From an uncultured Candidatus Poseidoniales archaeon (GTDB lineage Archaea; Thermoplasmatota; Poseidoniia; Poseidoniales; Thalassarchaeaceae): DNA of 40,097 nucleotides. The stretch is from contig CAZXZO010000020.1 in assembly GCA_964645485.1 (NCBI GenBank), forward strand, positions 1-40,097, in the 5' to 3' direction. Under the pieces are notes generated by a model. That model saw only the letters and a list, made by a program, of their open reading frames with translations, did not search any database and was not told the origin of the DNA. The translations under genes and the position numbers were made by a program. Positions 1-10,600 of this stretch are shown here, piece by piece. Every line of letters starts with the position of its first letter. The first letter of the stretch is position 1.

Positions 1-1
1 A

Positions 2-45
2 GGCGCGAGCACGCCTCCATTTTGTTGTATTTAAGTGCTCGCGCC
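2..45. repeat. 11-bp perfect inverted repeat pairing with the 3' end of tRNA-Glu
   Basis: GGCGCGAGCAC (2-12) is the exact reverse complement of GTGCTCGCGCC (35-45). The latter covers the tRNA 3' acceptor strand and discriminator base. Confidence 0.85.
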
Positions 46-110
46 GGGATTCGAACCCGGGTAGACAGGATGAAAACCTGCAATGATGGGCCGGACTACA
101 CCACGCGAGC
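36..110 (-). tRNA. tRNA-Glu (UUC)
   Basis: The reverse complement reads GCTCGCG TGGTGTAGTCCGGCCCATCATT GCAGG-TTTTCAT-CCTGT CTA CCGGG-TTCGAAT-CCCGG CGCGAGC A. It has a 7-bp acceptor stem, a TTC anticodon and a canonical T-loop. No intron; CCA is not encoded. Confidence 0.95.
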
Positions 111-154
111 CACAGCCTCGGGGCGAGGGTTAGGTGTAAAACCAAATCGGTTGT

Positions 155-754
155 TCACTCATCTTCATCGCCCTCTGAAAGGCCATCCCACCAAAGCCAT
201 GCAGGATAGAGAAGAAGTGCACCCAAAAGTGAGGCAACAATGAACTGCCACCCTGTAAGGAAATCAATGAACTGCTCTCCATAGAAGCCAATCACCAGGA
301 CTTCTAATCCGAACCTCATAGACCGTCCAATTAACCCAGCAAGAAGGAACGTGCCTCGCTCCATTTTACCTATCCCAGCACACCAACCAAGAACTTTGTA
401 CGGTATTGGGGTGAAAGCGGCAATAAAAATGCCGAAACCACCATGTCTTTTGACTAAAGTATTGAATTTCCGAACAGCACTTTCGGATGCAAATCGTTCA
501 AGCAATGGTTGCCCCCATTTGTCTCCCATCCACCATGCTACCAAAGAGCCAAGTACGCTAGCAATTGTTACTACCAAGAAAATTGACACCAACCGTATGG
601 GATCAGATGTACTCGCTGCCATCGGAATAACAAGCGCATCTGGCGGAATTGGTTGGATAAACGCCTCAGTGAAAGACATCAATCCAAGGCCCGCGAGGCC
701 AATAGAGCCAAACCAAAGAGTAACCTCTTCTGCGAGTCCTGAAAAACTACTCAC
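155..754 (-). CDS. YqaA/DedA-family (VTT domain) membrane protein
   Basis: Motifs SFTEAFIQPIPPDALVIP, ASVLGSLVAWWMG, FIAAFTPIPYKV and GRSMRFGLE, with several hydrophobic helices. GTG start; an in-frame stop lies at 764-766. Confidence 0.85.
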   Translation of the reverse strand: MSSFSGLAEEVTLWFGSIGLAGLGLMSFTEAFIQPIPPDALVIPMAASTSDPIRLVSIFLVVTIASVLGSLVAWWMGDKWGQPLLERFASESAVRKFNTLVKRHGGFGIFIAAFTPIPYKVLGWCAGIGKMERGTFLLAGLIGRSMRFGLEVLVIGFYGEQFIDFLTGWQFIVASLLGALLLYPAWLWWDGLSEGDEDE

Positions 755-840
755 GTTTCTTCGCTAACCATTCCATGCATCAATCTTCGCCCTTGTGGTG
801 AGACCGGCACGCTCATTGAGTGGTGCTCTAACCAAGTGCC

Positions 841-1320
841 ATGCGTGTTTTGGACACTGCGGCCCTACTTCACTGGCCTTTACCCCAATTATCGGGGTGC
901 GTCGTATTTTCTCAAAGAGATGAACTTGCCAAACTATCACTTGACAGAGAGATGTTGTTGGATGGGGCTGATTTACAGTGGTCCACGCCATCTGCTAACT
1001 CATTTGAAAGAGCAACTAAGGTGGCAACTGATAGTGGAGATTTGGCTGGTATATCACCTGTTGATTTAGAAATTTTGGCGCTTGCTTTAGAGTTGGAGGC
1101 AACTCTTGTGACAGATGATTATCGTCTGCAAAATTGCTGTTTAGTTGCTGGAATAGAGCATCAACCAGTTTTGACTGATGGAATATCTGAACGTTGGCAA
1201 TGGCAGTTAGTCTGCTCCGGATGTGGTGCAATTAGTAATGAGCAGAACATATCCAAAAAGCGTGGTGAATATGGCAATTGTGGCGATTGTGGCTCGCCTT
1301 ACAATATTCGAAAAAAGTAA
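841..1320 (+). CDS. nob1: Archaeal Nob1-family rRNA-processing endonuclease (PIN domain plus Zn ribbon)
   Basis: PIN motifs VLDTAALL, SPVDLEILALA and LVTDDYRLQN, followed by W-x3-CSGC...CGDCGS. Confidence 0.9.
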   Translation: MRVLDTAALLHWPLPQLSGCVVFSQRDELAKLSLDREMLLDGADLQWSTPSANSFERATKVATDSGDLAGISPVDLEILALALELEATLVTDDYRLQNCCLVAGIEHQPVLTDGISERWQWQLVCSGCGAISNEQNISKKRGEYGNCGDCGSPYNIRKK

Positions 1321-1321
1321 T

Positions 1322-1594
1322 TCACTCTTCTGAGAGGTCATCCTTGACTTCATCAGAAGTTTTTCCTTCAATTTCAATTCCTGCCGATTCTGCTTTTTCA
1401 GTGAGTTCTGCTGTTTCGGTTTTACCACCGCGCTCTAAGTCCGCTTCGGTAGCGCTTTGAGAATCACTAATCCCTTTCTGAAATTCACCTTTTGCCATGC
1501 CAAGAGAACGGGCTAACTTAGGTAATCTTTCGATTCCAAAAAACAATACAAAAAGGGCAAGAATGAACAGCATCTCTGAACTTGACGGCATCAT
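1322..1594 (-). CDS. tatA: Twin-arginine translocase TatA/TatE subunit
   Basis: N-terminal TM helix followed by FGIERLPKLARSLGMAKGEFQKG (FG motif plus amphipathic helix) and an acidic tail. Start placed at ATG 1594 rather than the ORF-track start at 1633. Confidence 0.85.
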   Translation of the reverse strand: MMPSSSEMLFILALFVLFFGIERLPKLARSLGMAKGEFQKGISDSQSATEADLERGGKTETAELTEKAESAGIEIEGKTSDEVKDDLSEE

Positions 1595-1696
1595 GGTAAC
1601 TATCTCCAAACCCTTCGCGCAGGTTTTATCCATTGAATGATTCGGCTTAAACCACTACAAATTGAGGAAAAATAACCTCAATGGGGTAGAGTCGAC

Positions 1697-1957
1697 TCAA
1701 CCACCACTTACCGGCGGTAGAAATGCGATTTCACTAGCGTCTGGGATTTCAACATCCGGAGAACAGAATTCTCCGTTAAGCGCAACTTTCATTCCTTTCT
1801 CAAGCATGTCTGCAATATGCATACGCTCTGCTAGATCCTGAATAGTGCTACCAACTAGCAGTGGAAACTCTAGAGTTTTTGTTCCAAACTTCTCCCCAAG
1901 AGGACCGAATAATAGGACAGTGAATTTGACCGCTCTGGCGGCTCCCTCCTCTCCCAT
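1697..1957 (-). CDS. MoaD/ThiS-family ubiquitin-like sulfur carrier (MoaD/SAMP)
   Basis: Beta-grasp pattern VLLFGPL...VALNGE and C-terminal EIAFLPPVSGG di-glycine. Likely start ATG 1957. Confidence 0.9.
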   Translation of the reverse strand: MGEEGAARAVKFTVLLFGPLGEKFGTKTLEFPLLVGSTIQDLAERMHIADMLEKGMKVALNGEFCSPDVEIPDASEIAFLPPVSGG

Positions 1958-1980
1958 GGTTTGACCAAATGTGCGTCGAG

Positions 1981-1987
1981 TATTATA
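1981..1987. promoter_or_regulatory. Candidate bidirectional TATA box for the divergent MoaD/SAMP and ABC-ATPase genes
   Basis: TATTATA (TATAATA on the minus strand) lies 24-25 nt from both ATG 1957 (-) and ATG 2012 (+). This spacing fits leaderless archaeal transcripts. Confidence 0.5.
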
Positions 1988-2011
1988 GGTGTGCAACCCG
2001 CCCGATACAAC

Positions 2012-2725
2012 ATGACCACAGTACTTCAGGCACAGCAGTTGTGGAAGGTATACGACACCGGCTCAGTTAAAGTGAAGGCACTCAAGGGGGTTGACTTGGA
2101 AATTTCTCAAGGAGAAATGGTTGCAATCATGGGTCCATCAGGATGCGGAAAAACCACTTTTTTGAATTGTGTTTCAAGCCTTGATGACTTTACTACAGGA
2201 GAGGTATTCGTTGATGGTCAATCCCTATCTAAAATGTCTGATAGAGAAAGAACTGATATGCGGAAAAACCACCTTGGATTCGTATTTCAATCATTCAATC
2301 TGATACCAGTTCTTTCAGCAGTTGAAAATGTTGAACTACCACTTATTTTGAAAGGAAAATCGGGTAAAGATGCAAGAGCAATAGCATTAGATGCGCTTGA
2401 TTCTGTTGGATTAAAAGATTGGTCGGGCCACCTTCCAGCAGAATTATCTGGAGGGCAACAACAACGAGTTACAATTGCTCGAGCCTTTGCTCATCAACCC
2501 GCATTAATTCTAGCTGATGAGCCCACTGGGAACCTAGATACAGCAACTTCTGATTCGGTGATGGCATTACTTGGTGACCTTAACAAGAACAAAGGAATCA
2601 CATTCGTCATCGTAACCCACGAAGAGGAAATTGCTCGACACTGTACTAGACTAGTTACAATCCAAGATGGCTTGATTATAGGTGACGAGCAAATTGAGAA
2701 AGCCGATAACAATGAGGAAGAATGA
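2012..2725 (+). CDS. ABC transporter ATP-binding protein, LolD/MacB/SalX (type VII) family
   Basis: Walker A GPSGCGKTT, GFVFQSFNL, signature LSGGQQQRV, Walker B LILADEPTGNLD and IVTH. Likely start ATG 2012. Confidence 0.95.
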   Translation: MTTVLQAQQLWKVYDTGSVKVKALKGVDLEISQGEMVAIMGPSGCGKTTFLNCVSSLDDFTTGEVFVDGQSLSKMSDRERTDMRKNHLGFVFQSFNLIPVLSAVENVELPLILKGKSGKDARAIALDALDSVGLKDWSGHLPAELSGGQQQRVTIARAFAHQPALILADEPTGNLDTATSDSVMALLGDLNKNKGITFVIVTHEEEIARHCTRLVTIQDGLIIGDEQIEKADNNEEE

Positions 2726-2731
2726 CTGGAG

Positions 2732-5700
2732 TTGATTAACTTGTCAAACTCAAACGAATCCCCTGGCTTTGGGGGTGAGACCAACAGAACTAAGAGATTA
2801 GGAAAAACTCTTGGTTTTAGCATTTTATTCCTCGTAATCACTATATTTTGTACTAAAATGATAGTTGGTGTAGTCAAGTCAACATCATATGATGGAGTTG
2901 GATTTGGTTGGTATGCTACTGCAATCAGTTTAGGATTAGTCGTTGCACTTGTCTCTTTACAATTACTTGATTTTGCAATATCAGGAAGAAGGCGAATGTT
3001 GGCCCAGATGGCTATCAGCAATCTTCGTCGCCGTAAGCGCAATACTGCACTTGTAATTGTTGGACTTCTAATTGGTTCAGCAATCATCACTAGTAGTTTA
3101 GTTGTAGGCGATAGTCTTGATGCAACTCTACAAGCAGAATTTGCAGAATCTTTAGATGAAGCAGATATTATCATCAGCGGAACAGATCTTTTCCGCAATC
3201 CAGTTTGGCTAAATCAGACAAATATGGAAGGATTTGTGGACACATTGTTTAACAATTCAGACATCGATGCAGTTTCTATTGGAATCAATATGCAAATTGG
3301 TTTGAAATCAGAATTACACCAAACTGTTGAGGCGAATAATGCTCATTGGTTAGCGATGGATGAAGATTACCAGAATCAAGGAACATGGAAACCATTTGGC
3401 GGAGACAATGGACCACTGTACTCGGAGATAAAAAATGGCGAGGCGTACATCAGTGAGAGAGGCGCTGAAAAAATGGAATTACAGATTGGTGAGACCGTTG
3501 AAGTAAGTTGGTCTGCAGTTTCAGAAACCGGTGAAGTACAAAGAAAAACTACCAATTTGACAGTACAGGAAATTGTGCCAACAAAAATATCCGGATATGA
3601 ATTCGGAGGGGATGCGTCGATTTACACGAGTTTATCTCAGGCTCAAGAAATTCTAGGGAGGGAAGGAGAAATTAATCGAATAGCAATCTCAGCGAGGGGA
3701 GGTGTACTAGATGCACAAAGTGCAGAGGACCGGGCTTTACCATTCATCAATTCAACTCTTGACGAGTTCATTATTGCTGGGGATTCAGGCTTAGAGATTG
3801 CTTCTGTACCTGAGGATCTTTCCTTAGCAGTGCAACGAATAAGCGGAGAGGGATTACTTTACGGTAATGAGGTTGAAAGTTTGAGAGAAAACATTTCTGC
3901 CACATCTCCAGATGCTTCCATCGCTGAATTGTTAATGGCTCCAATACTGCAGATTTCAAGTGGTGGTGAAAATTTAACAGGACTAATTTCTGCAGAAGTT
4001 ACCACAATAGACTCCGATGCGATTGCTGATTGGTACGCGACTCCTTCTGGACTTTCAGTTCAAACAAAAAATACCAGCCTCTGGTCTCAATGGGTTCCAC
4101 GTGGTAGTGAATCTAAGGCAGTGCTCTCAGTTCAGTCAGTTCGAGATGGGGCGGCCCTATCTTTGCACTCAAATGGAGTTAGGCTATCTACGTTGAGTGA
4201 AGATGAAGATTCCCGCGATATTACCATGCCTGAAGGCGATGGGGAGTTAGTCAGTTTAGTGGTTACTGATGCTGACCTTGGGGTTGCTCTCCGCATTAGT
4301 GAAGAGGGGGCAAATCTACTGTTTGGAGATGCTTATAGTGACGGGGCAATTGTATGGGATTCTGCCTCAATTGACCTTTCAACTTTTAGCGAGAATATAG
4401 AAGGTGGCGGTCTAGCATTAGAGGATGATTCTCTGTACCTAAGATTAGAGGGTCCATTCACTAGTTCAACCTGTGAAATACCTGTACAAGAAATCAATTC
4501 AGAATTTAATTCTTGCAATTGGAATGTTGACCCACCTTCAAGCCGTTCAATTGCCAATTCAGGAGGCCTATCTTGGGACGTATATGGCCAAGATTTACAA
4601 TCTACATCTGCCCGTCTAAATGGCTCTATTGTTTCAGCACATGATTTAGGTTTACCAGCCGGTGAAATCCTATCCGTTTCTCGCTCTGCAGTCCTGGTAG
4701 AAAGTGCCGGCCTATTCCTTTGGAATGGAACTGGTTTTTCCCTTGCAGACACACAACCTGCCCCGGGTGCTGACAACCGGACTTCCTGGAGTGATGGTCA
4801 TAGAACCATCATCACTTCCCCTTACGGAGTTCTAATTTCTGATGGTGCGAACGTATCGGGTCGGTTACCTTACCAGATTTCAATTGATGGCATCTCTAAC
4901 TTACCGCTTGTAGCAATTGCATTGACTGAAGGCGTTGGAATCCCCAACCCAGAACCCGGTTCTCTTTATCTTTCATCTTGGTCAGCAACTGGGTTGGCAT
5001 TGACTCCACCTGAATCTTTGCAAGTTGTTGGATTAATGGCTGCAGCAAGAGGTATTTTTGAGCCAATTGACTTGAATTACACGTTTACAATACCAGAATT
5101 GCCTGCTCCGCCTGGCCAACCCGGGCTAGACGATATTTCCATCGCTGTGGTAAATATCTCCGATGCTCAACTTTTACTGAATCGAGACGAACCAGTCCGC
5201 AGTATGGTGATGGTCAGCGGTTTGGCACTGGCTTTGGATGACAATATGTCCAAATTAGAGGCTAATATCACCGCTTGGGCTGATGAGATTTCAACAGCGG
5301 AATCAGTGGGAATCAAAACAGTCGCTCTAAAATCAGAGATTAGAGCTAATACGGCTGATTCTGGTGCTAATTTTTCGGCCTTATTCCTGATTTTCGGCTC
5401 CTTCGTCATTTTTGCTGGAATTTTACTAGTGATGAATCTGTTTGTAATGCTCGCCGATGAACGGAAATCCGAGATGGGTATGCTGCGGGCACTTGGGATG
5501 CATCGTGGAGAACTACGGGGAATGTTCGTGATAGAAGGCACCATAATTGGCTTGATGTCAAGTGCCGTAGGAGCGTTTGTTGGCATTGGAGTCGCTAAAT
5601 TATTGATGTCAGGTCTGGACCGAGTTTTGGCCCAAACCTTCCAACGAGGCATCCTCTTTTCATGGGAATGGCACAGTCTTTTGAGCGGATTTTCAATAGG

Positions 5701-7486
5701 ATTCTTAGTTACTTTCATGACACTAATGGCTACTTCCATTTACATTTCAAGACTCAACGTTGTGGCCGCAATGCGGGATATTCCGACTAGAATCAAAGGT
5801 TCTCTCCCCTGGTGGACCATTCTAGTTTCCTTGTTCATGTTAGGGTCAGGCGTAGTTTCTGGAGTGCTTGCATTCATGATAGGTGACCCACAGACTGGGA
5901 GTCGATACGCATGGTGGTTAACAGCAGGTTTCCTATTCCTTTTCGGCTTAGTCCCACCTCTTTACTTCCTGTTTTCAAAATTTTTGCCAGAGTCACTTTC
6001 GTTCGGGGGGTCAAGAATATCTCGTACAATTCTTACTCCTCGATTAACTATGACAATCCTTGGACTACTCATGTTTGGCTGGGGTATTTGGACCGACCCA
6101 ATTCGAGATGGTTGGGAATTAGGTGATTCTGCCTTCATTATTTTGGGTCTTTTCTTAGTCGGCGCAGGCGTATTATTGTTGACAAGTTTAGCACCAATGA
6201 TTGCCCGCTCGTTAGCAAAAGCAGGCACGAGAGTTTCAAGCCGACTTTCATCGGTGTTACCAACCGCACTCGCATATCCATTAGCAACACCTTTCAGGAC
6301 TGCAATGACCATGGGGATGTTCAGTTTGGTGGTTTTTGCCGTAGTTGTCTTATCTGGCTATTCCGCACTTGTCGGCAACTGGCTTGGTGATATCGGTGAA
6401 GATGCACGTGGTGAATGGGAGATCGTTGCATATGGTGATTTAGACCTTGGAGACAATTCTAGCGAATGGGATTTGGGAGAATTAAAATCATCAGATTTCG
6501 ATGCGATTGCAACGATGCATACCGCAACTGTTCAGGTGTACCAGAAAGGTGAAACTGATTTAGAAAACAAATCTGTGTATACGAATATCCGCGGTTTTGA
6601 TTCAAATTTCACTAGTTTGAATGGGTTACCCCTGCATTCTTGGGAACCAAGTTTGGGTAATTCAAATGAAGAAGTTTGGCAGGCTATCCTTGACAATGAC
6701 ACACTAGTCGTGGTTGATTACACAATGGCTGTGGAAACCTATCAGGGTGAAGGAGGTGTCTTGGAAGAAGGCATGGGTCTGAACATTGGTGATGCCATAA
6801 TTGTCCAGGACCCATTCAATCCAGCCATTAACGCCACTTTCTTTATCGGGGCCGTCATGAATGAAGAAAGTGGCTGGTTTGCGAGTGGTGTAAGCGTTGC
6901 CAAACCAATCACAATTGAGCGATTTGAAGCGACTCCGTCCTCAATTTGGTTCTCAATCCCATCGGATGCCACTCTAGAAGATCAAGAAGAAGTTGCAAAA
7001 ATACTTCAATTTGAGTTAGTTGAAGAGGGTGCGATAGTGTTTGCAATAGAAGTGCAGTTCAAGGAGATTCAATCATTCATTTTTGCTATGTTCAGCCTAC
7101 TCCAAGCATTCCTTGCTTTAGGGCTCATTGTCGGCATTGCTGGGCTTGGTGTAATTACTATTCGAAATGTGTCAGAGAGGGCTCACCAAACAGGGATATT
7201 ACGAGCCCTCGGATTCCAGCGAAGTATGGTTATTGCAGGATATCTAACAGAGTTGACTTGGGTCAGTCTTTTGGGTATTTTAAATGGGGCTGCTGTTGGG
7301 GTTGGATTCCATTACCAATTGTATGTTAAATTCCTCAAGGATGAGGGGGCAGAATTCGTGCTACCTTGGGGCCAAATAACTCTGATTATTTTAGGGGCTT
7401 ATTTGCTCACTATTTTGGCTACTGCTTGGCCTGTAAGAAAGGCCGCATCAATCCATCCTGCAGAGGCTCTCCGTGACATTGAATGA
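2732..7486 (+). CDS. Large FtsX/MacB-like ABC permease (two fused MacB-PCD/FtsX modules) with an expanded extracellular region, 1584 aa
   Basis: NLRRRKRNTALVIVGLLIG TM1 motif and two FtsX signatures (ERKSEMGMLRALG, ERAHQTGILRALG). C-terminal PVRKAASIHPAEALR. TTG start 6 nt after the ATPase stop. Confidence 0.9.
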   Translation: MINLSNSNESPGFGGETNRTKRLGKTLGFSILFLVITIFCTKMIVGVVKSTSYDGVGFGWYATAISLGLVVALVSLQLLDFAISGRRRMLAQMAISNLRRRKRNTALVIVGLLIGSAIITSSLVVGDSLDATLQAEFAESLDEADIIISGTDLFRNPVWLNQTNMEGFVDTLFNNSDIDAVSIGINMQIGLKSELHQTVEANNAHWLAMDEDYQNQGTWKPFGGDNGPLYSEIKNGEAYISERGAEKMELQIGETVEVSWSAVSETGEVQRKTTNLTVQEIVPTKISGYEFGGDASIYTSLSQAQEILGREGEINRIAISARGGVLDAQSAEDRALPFINSTLDEFIIAGDSGLEIASVPEDLSLAVQRISGEGLLYGNEVESLRENISATSPDASIAELLMAPILQISSGGENLTGLISAEVTTIDSDAIADWYATPSGLSVQTKNTSLWSQWVPRGSESKAVLSVQSVRDGAALSLHSNGVRLSTLSEDEDSRDITMPEGDGELVSLVVTDADLGVALRISEEGANLLFGDAYSDGAIVWDSASIDLSTFSENIEGGGLALEDDSLYLRLEGPFTSSTCEIPVQEINSEFNSCNWNVDPPSSRSIANSGGLSWDVYGQDLQSTSARLNGSIVSAHDLGLPAGEILSVSRSAVLVESAGLFLWNGTGFSLADTQPAPGADNRTSWSDGHRTIITSPYGVLISDGANVSGRLPYQISIDGISNLPLVAIALTEGVGIPNPEPGSLYLSSWSATGLALTPPESLQVVGLMAAARGIFEPIDLNYTFTIPELPAPPGQPGLDDISIAVVNISDAQLLLNRDEPVRSMVMVSGLALALDDNMSKLEANITAWADEISTAESVGIKTVALKSEIRANTADSGANFSALFLIFGSFVIFAGILLVMNLFVMLADERKSEMGMLRALGMHRGELRGMFVIEGTIIGLMSSAVGAFVGIGVAKLLMSGLDRVLAQTFQRGILFSWEWHSLLSGFSIGFLVTFMTLMATSIYISRLNVVAAMRDIPTRIKGSLPWWTILVSLFMLGSGVVSGVLAFMIGDPQTGSRYAWWLTAGFLFLFGLVPPLYFLFSKFLPESLSFGGSRISRTILTPRLTMTILGLLMFGWGIWTDPIRDGWELGDSAFIILGLFLVGAGVLLLTSLAPMIARSLAKAGTRVSSRLSSVLPTALAYPLATPFRTAMTMGMFSLVVFAVVVLSGYSALVGNWLGDIGEDARGEWEIVAYGDLDLGDNSSEWDLGELKSSDFDAIATMHTATVQVYQKGETDLENKSVYTNIRGFDSNFTSLNGLPLHSWEPSLGNSNEEVWQAILDNDTLVVVDYTMAVETYQGEGGVLEEGMGLNIGDAIIVQDPFNPAINATFFIGAVMNEESGWFASGVSVAKPITIERFEATPSSIWFSIPSDATLEDQEEVAKILQFELVEEGAIVFAIEVQFKEIQSFIFAMFSLLQAFLALGLIVGIAGLGVITIRNVSERAHQTGILRALGFQRSMVIAGYLTELTWVSLLGILNGAAVGVGFHYQLYVKFLKDEGAEFVLPWGQITLIILGAYLLTILATAWPVRKAASIHPAEALRDIE

Positions 7487-7560
7487 TACAAAACTTATGC
7501 ACCAAAATCAATACGATTGTGCGTTTACAGAAGAATAACCTAACAAAGTCCCGCGCATAG

Positions 7561-7604
7561 TATAAATATGAATTGAACAGGTGGGACAATCCCTTAGTGG
7601 GAGG
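7561..7604 (+). promoter_or_regulatory. TATA box and Shine-Dalgarno sequence of the 1065-aa surface protein gene
   Basis: TATAAATA at 7561-7568; GGGAGG at 7599-7604, 8 nt before ATG 7613. Confidence 0.6.
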
Positions 7605-7612
7605 ACTGTGAC

Positions 7613-10600
7613 ATGAAGAGAGCAACAAGTTTGGTTTTAGCGCTGCTGATGTTAATGAGCGTCGTAGCAAGCCTAAACCCAATAGAATTGAATGAAAGTG
7701 AACCGGTGGAAGACACCAACGCCAGAGCTGATTATGAGGTCTGGTTGATGGGTGCGAATTCACCGCGAGAATCAACGACCGATATGACCGGTACGGTAAG
7801 GAATTCCGTAGATGCCGGTGAAGCGATATTGTTTGATATCGTGGTCAAGAACGATGGTAATAACGACATATCAGAACTGACAGTAACTGTAACTGTTGAT
7901 GATGGTGTCGAAGCAACTCCATTGTTTATTGACGCTGAAGACGCAGCAGTTTGTGATGACACAATTTCTTGTGGAATTCAAACATTTGCATCTGGCGATT
8001 ATTTGGCTAACGGCCATTATATTGTTCGTGATTCCACAGGTGGAAACCTAGTTTGGACACCAACTGTGCCAGGAATGTACACTGTTCACATTGAAATTGA
8101 TACAGGTGACCAAGATACTGATCTTAACAACAACATTCTAGATTATGATGTTAACGTAATTGATTGGTACGATATCTCAACAGAACTTGCATGGGATGCT
8201 GGCGATGACCCAATGACTGGAGCCGGCCCGCATGACTTCACCATGACCGCATTTGTCAATGGCAGTGCACAATGGGACCCAAGAGATGTTCAGATGGAGG
8301 TAACCATGGGTGGATTATTCACTGCATTCCAAGATGATGGAACAAACACCATGGCAGTATCAATGTTTGATGCTGATGGAGATGGCTCGTTTGACGACTG
8401 TCCTGAAGGACCAGGTGCTAGTTCATGTACATGGACTGTAACTTTCGGTGACCTTTATGGAGCAGGTCAAGCTAATGACATTGAAGTGTATAGTAACCTT
8501 TCAATGGATCCACCAACACATCAGAATGCAAGCGATATTGGCGAGACCCGCTCGGTTCCTGCATTCCAAACAGCATACACCTTTGCAGGTACAATTCAAG
8601 GAGATACAGCAAACGCAAATGGCGTGGGGACATTCACAGTCCAATCGGCTCTAACTCAGTACACTATGTACGAACTAGTCTCAACTGATTACGGCACAGC
8701 GCCTGGCGCAAACGCATCGAATAACGTAGTCAATGAAATGTTAGAAACAACATCTACGTTAGATGATAGAAACGGAAACAATGATGCGTTGTTAACTGCA
8801 ACCTTTGCTTCCTATCACGATGTACAAGTAGTCAATATCGAAGCAGGCAACCCTCGTCAAGAGAGTGGCCGTTTGGATGCAGGAATGACTCGAGTCTTTG
8901 CAACTATTGCTCACAGTGGTAGTGACCGAACAATCAACTATGATTGGGCAGTTACATTCAACGTGAAGGATTCCAATGGTGACGATATCATTGGTTCACC
9001 TTTCGTTGCAACAGAGTGTGACAATCCAGATGACCCTGCTACTTCCTCACCACACGAGTACTTGGGAGAATTCCACCCAGCTACTCTAGAAGCAACCGCT
9101 TGTGCTGAGATTATGATTGACCCAGGTATGCTTTCGGTTAGTGCAACTATTGATTTGCTTGATACAACATTAACTGACACAGACTCTGCAAATGATTGTG
9201 GTACAGGAAACAATCCTGTTTGTAAGGATGACATGAACGCAGCGAATGATATGCGCACAGGTCACTTCGAAGTTCTAAATTCAGGCCCATCTGCATACTT
9301 GACAATGGATGAAATTGAGGGTGACATCATTAGTGGCACACAAATTACATTCTCTGCACGTGCGGAGCACCTGAGTCAACCTGACTTAGATCAAGACGGA
9401 AGCCCGGACCCATTCGGATACGTATGGTCTATGTCTGGCTCTGAAATGGACCCACAATTGGAGGCATGTCTTGGACAACCTGATTGTGTAATTGACATCA
9501 ACCTGATGTGGCTAGGATCTCCAACAATGATTGTTACAGTAACAGATCACTGGGGAGCTGATGCATCGGCTCAACTCACATTCAATGTGTGGAACAATTA
9601 TTCACACGTTGATTCTGGCGATTGCTGGGATGCAGAGTACGATATCCTGTATGCTGGTAACACACAATACACTGCACAATTCTCAGACGCAGATGATGCA
9701 ACTGGACAGGAACTCAGTGGAAGCCCAGGTTGGGATTCAGTTTGTACATTCAATATGGACGTAAGTGGAATACTTGCTCCTGAAGATGTAAACAGCGAAG
9801 ACCTAGTTGTGACAGTAGACGCTGATCCATCAGTTGGCCATTCCCTTTGGTATGAAGGCGGTACAGGATGGGTTGAGATGACAGGTACAACTCAAGCACA
9901 AGTAGATGCAGACACAATTAGCCTATCATGGGGTAATGATGGTACACTACCGTCACGTTCTTCATCTCGATATGCGGTATTTGCGTCAGCAACTATCGGT
10001 CAACCACCACAGATTGGTATTGACTCGTTAACTGCAACTCTTGGAGCGGCTGGAGTAATTGACCTTTCATGGGCGATTAACAACTCGCAACTCACCGGAG
10101 CAAACGATTACGGTGTACTGTACGTCAATGATGATGGAGCAGCGCTTGATGGTACACGCAGTACCTTTGACCTAACAACAACAACTCACACAATCGCTGG
10201 AACACACGGTACAACATACGAGTTCCTCGTACGCGTAGAGAACGGAGAAGTTGGAACTGATGGTAGCGCCCTATACGGGACACCTGTAGATTCAGGAAGT
10301 GCAACTGCAGACGGTCAAGTTGACCCAACAGCAGGAGCAGATGACCTAGAGGCTGCAAGTTCTGGTGAATCAAGCCTCCACTTCACATGGAGTGCTGCAG
10401 ATGCATCTGATGTAGACCACTGGATGATTTGCTGGTCACCATCGCAACACACAGCACTTGAAGTTACAAGCCTAATCAGTGCAGGTAACTGCCACTCAAC
10501 AACTGACTCAAGCACTGATGTTACAGTGGACAGGCATTCAGGTTCAGGTGTCTTCTACTACTCAGTGAATGCAATGGACTCAGTTGGAAATATGGAGACA

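Noticed and set aside
7583-7602. Alternative GGGA/TCCC/GGGA pairings that could hide the SD of the 1065-aa gene
   Set aside because: The stems are only 4 bp, too weak to support a switch.
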